A stretch of DNA of 64,000 nt from Octopus sinensis (taxonomy: Eukaryota). The position numbers and the translations under genes are program-made. This document shows positions 63,521-64,000 of the stretch, piece by piece; positions within the stretch are counted from its first letter, which is position 1; every line of letters begins with the position of its first letter. The stretch spans positions 13,268,001-13,332,000 of the forward strand of contig NC_043003.1 in assembly GCF_006345805.1 (NCBI RefSeq). The letters run 5' to 3'. The notes beneath the pieces were generated by a model. That model was not told the origin of the DNA. It saw nothing but the letters and a program-made list of their open reading frames with translations, and did not search any database.

Positions 63521-64000
63521 GTAAGTTTGTATTGAGTTATCATTGTTAATATTCATATCAATGTACACATAAACAAACATTATATACACTTAATGAGATT
63601 CATTGCTGGTAGGGACCAGGTATGTATATTCCAGATGTGCTGGTGTGCACTGCACAATTATCAAAAATGGCAAATGATATTATAAATATCAACCTTACTT
63701 GTTAGTTTAATCACAAATCTTAATGGAAAACTTTTGTTATACCCATGCTTGAAATTTGGTGGCATTGGGTGTGGCAGCACACCCAGTACAACAAGCGCTA
63801 TGTAAATAATGCGATCAAAGATAGAAAGGAAAAGGTAATGTGTGTATATGCATATTTCAAGTGTTATTGCTCTTTCATCAGTACCATATCCAACCCATAA
63901 ACCACAAAAAGGGTTAAACTAATGGAACTTGAAATATAAATAAGATCATTAATGACAGGGTTAGAGGCCAGTCTATAATGACCAGTTATAATTGCAGTAA

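Noticed and set aside
1-64000. Prokaryotic operon, phage or horizontally transferred gene cluster
   Set aside because: All coding signal is explained by one spliced gene and by transposon remnants.

Overview
AT-rich, microsatellite- and transposon-dense animal genomic DNA. The SINE/LINE repertoire looks like a coleoid cephalopod, most likely Octopus (recognition from memory, not a database hit). The window lies inside one large + strand gene, open at both ends. I traced 22 GT-AG exons (197..63520, 4344 coding nt, about 1448 codons, phases all compatible, no stops seen). They encode nine tandem MAM domains (first one partial) with no LDL-A module seen. The introns hold four tRNA-derived SINE families, a 5'-truncated RTE LINE with an open 786-aa ORF and many 3'-end fragments of it, CR1-type and RLE-type LINE pieces, mariner remnants, hAT/pogo/piggyBac MITEs, a probable solo LTR, palindromes and minisatellites. 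Best leads: (1) a tRNA-headed short element carrying a Penelope-type minimal hammerhead motif in a head-to-head palindrome, plus other hammerhead-like motifs; (2) a SINE whose TSDs often start with GGTAT and that forms tandem multimers at its own internal GGTAT; (3) a SINE/CR1 shared 3' stem-loop with covariation; (4) a LINE 3'UTR hairpin motif that seeds minisatellites; (5) a 133-bp tandem-amplified palindrome beside an exon; (6) a triplet-periodic, partly cationic MAM array. Coordinates were counted by hand, and repeat boundaries are approximate.
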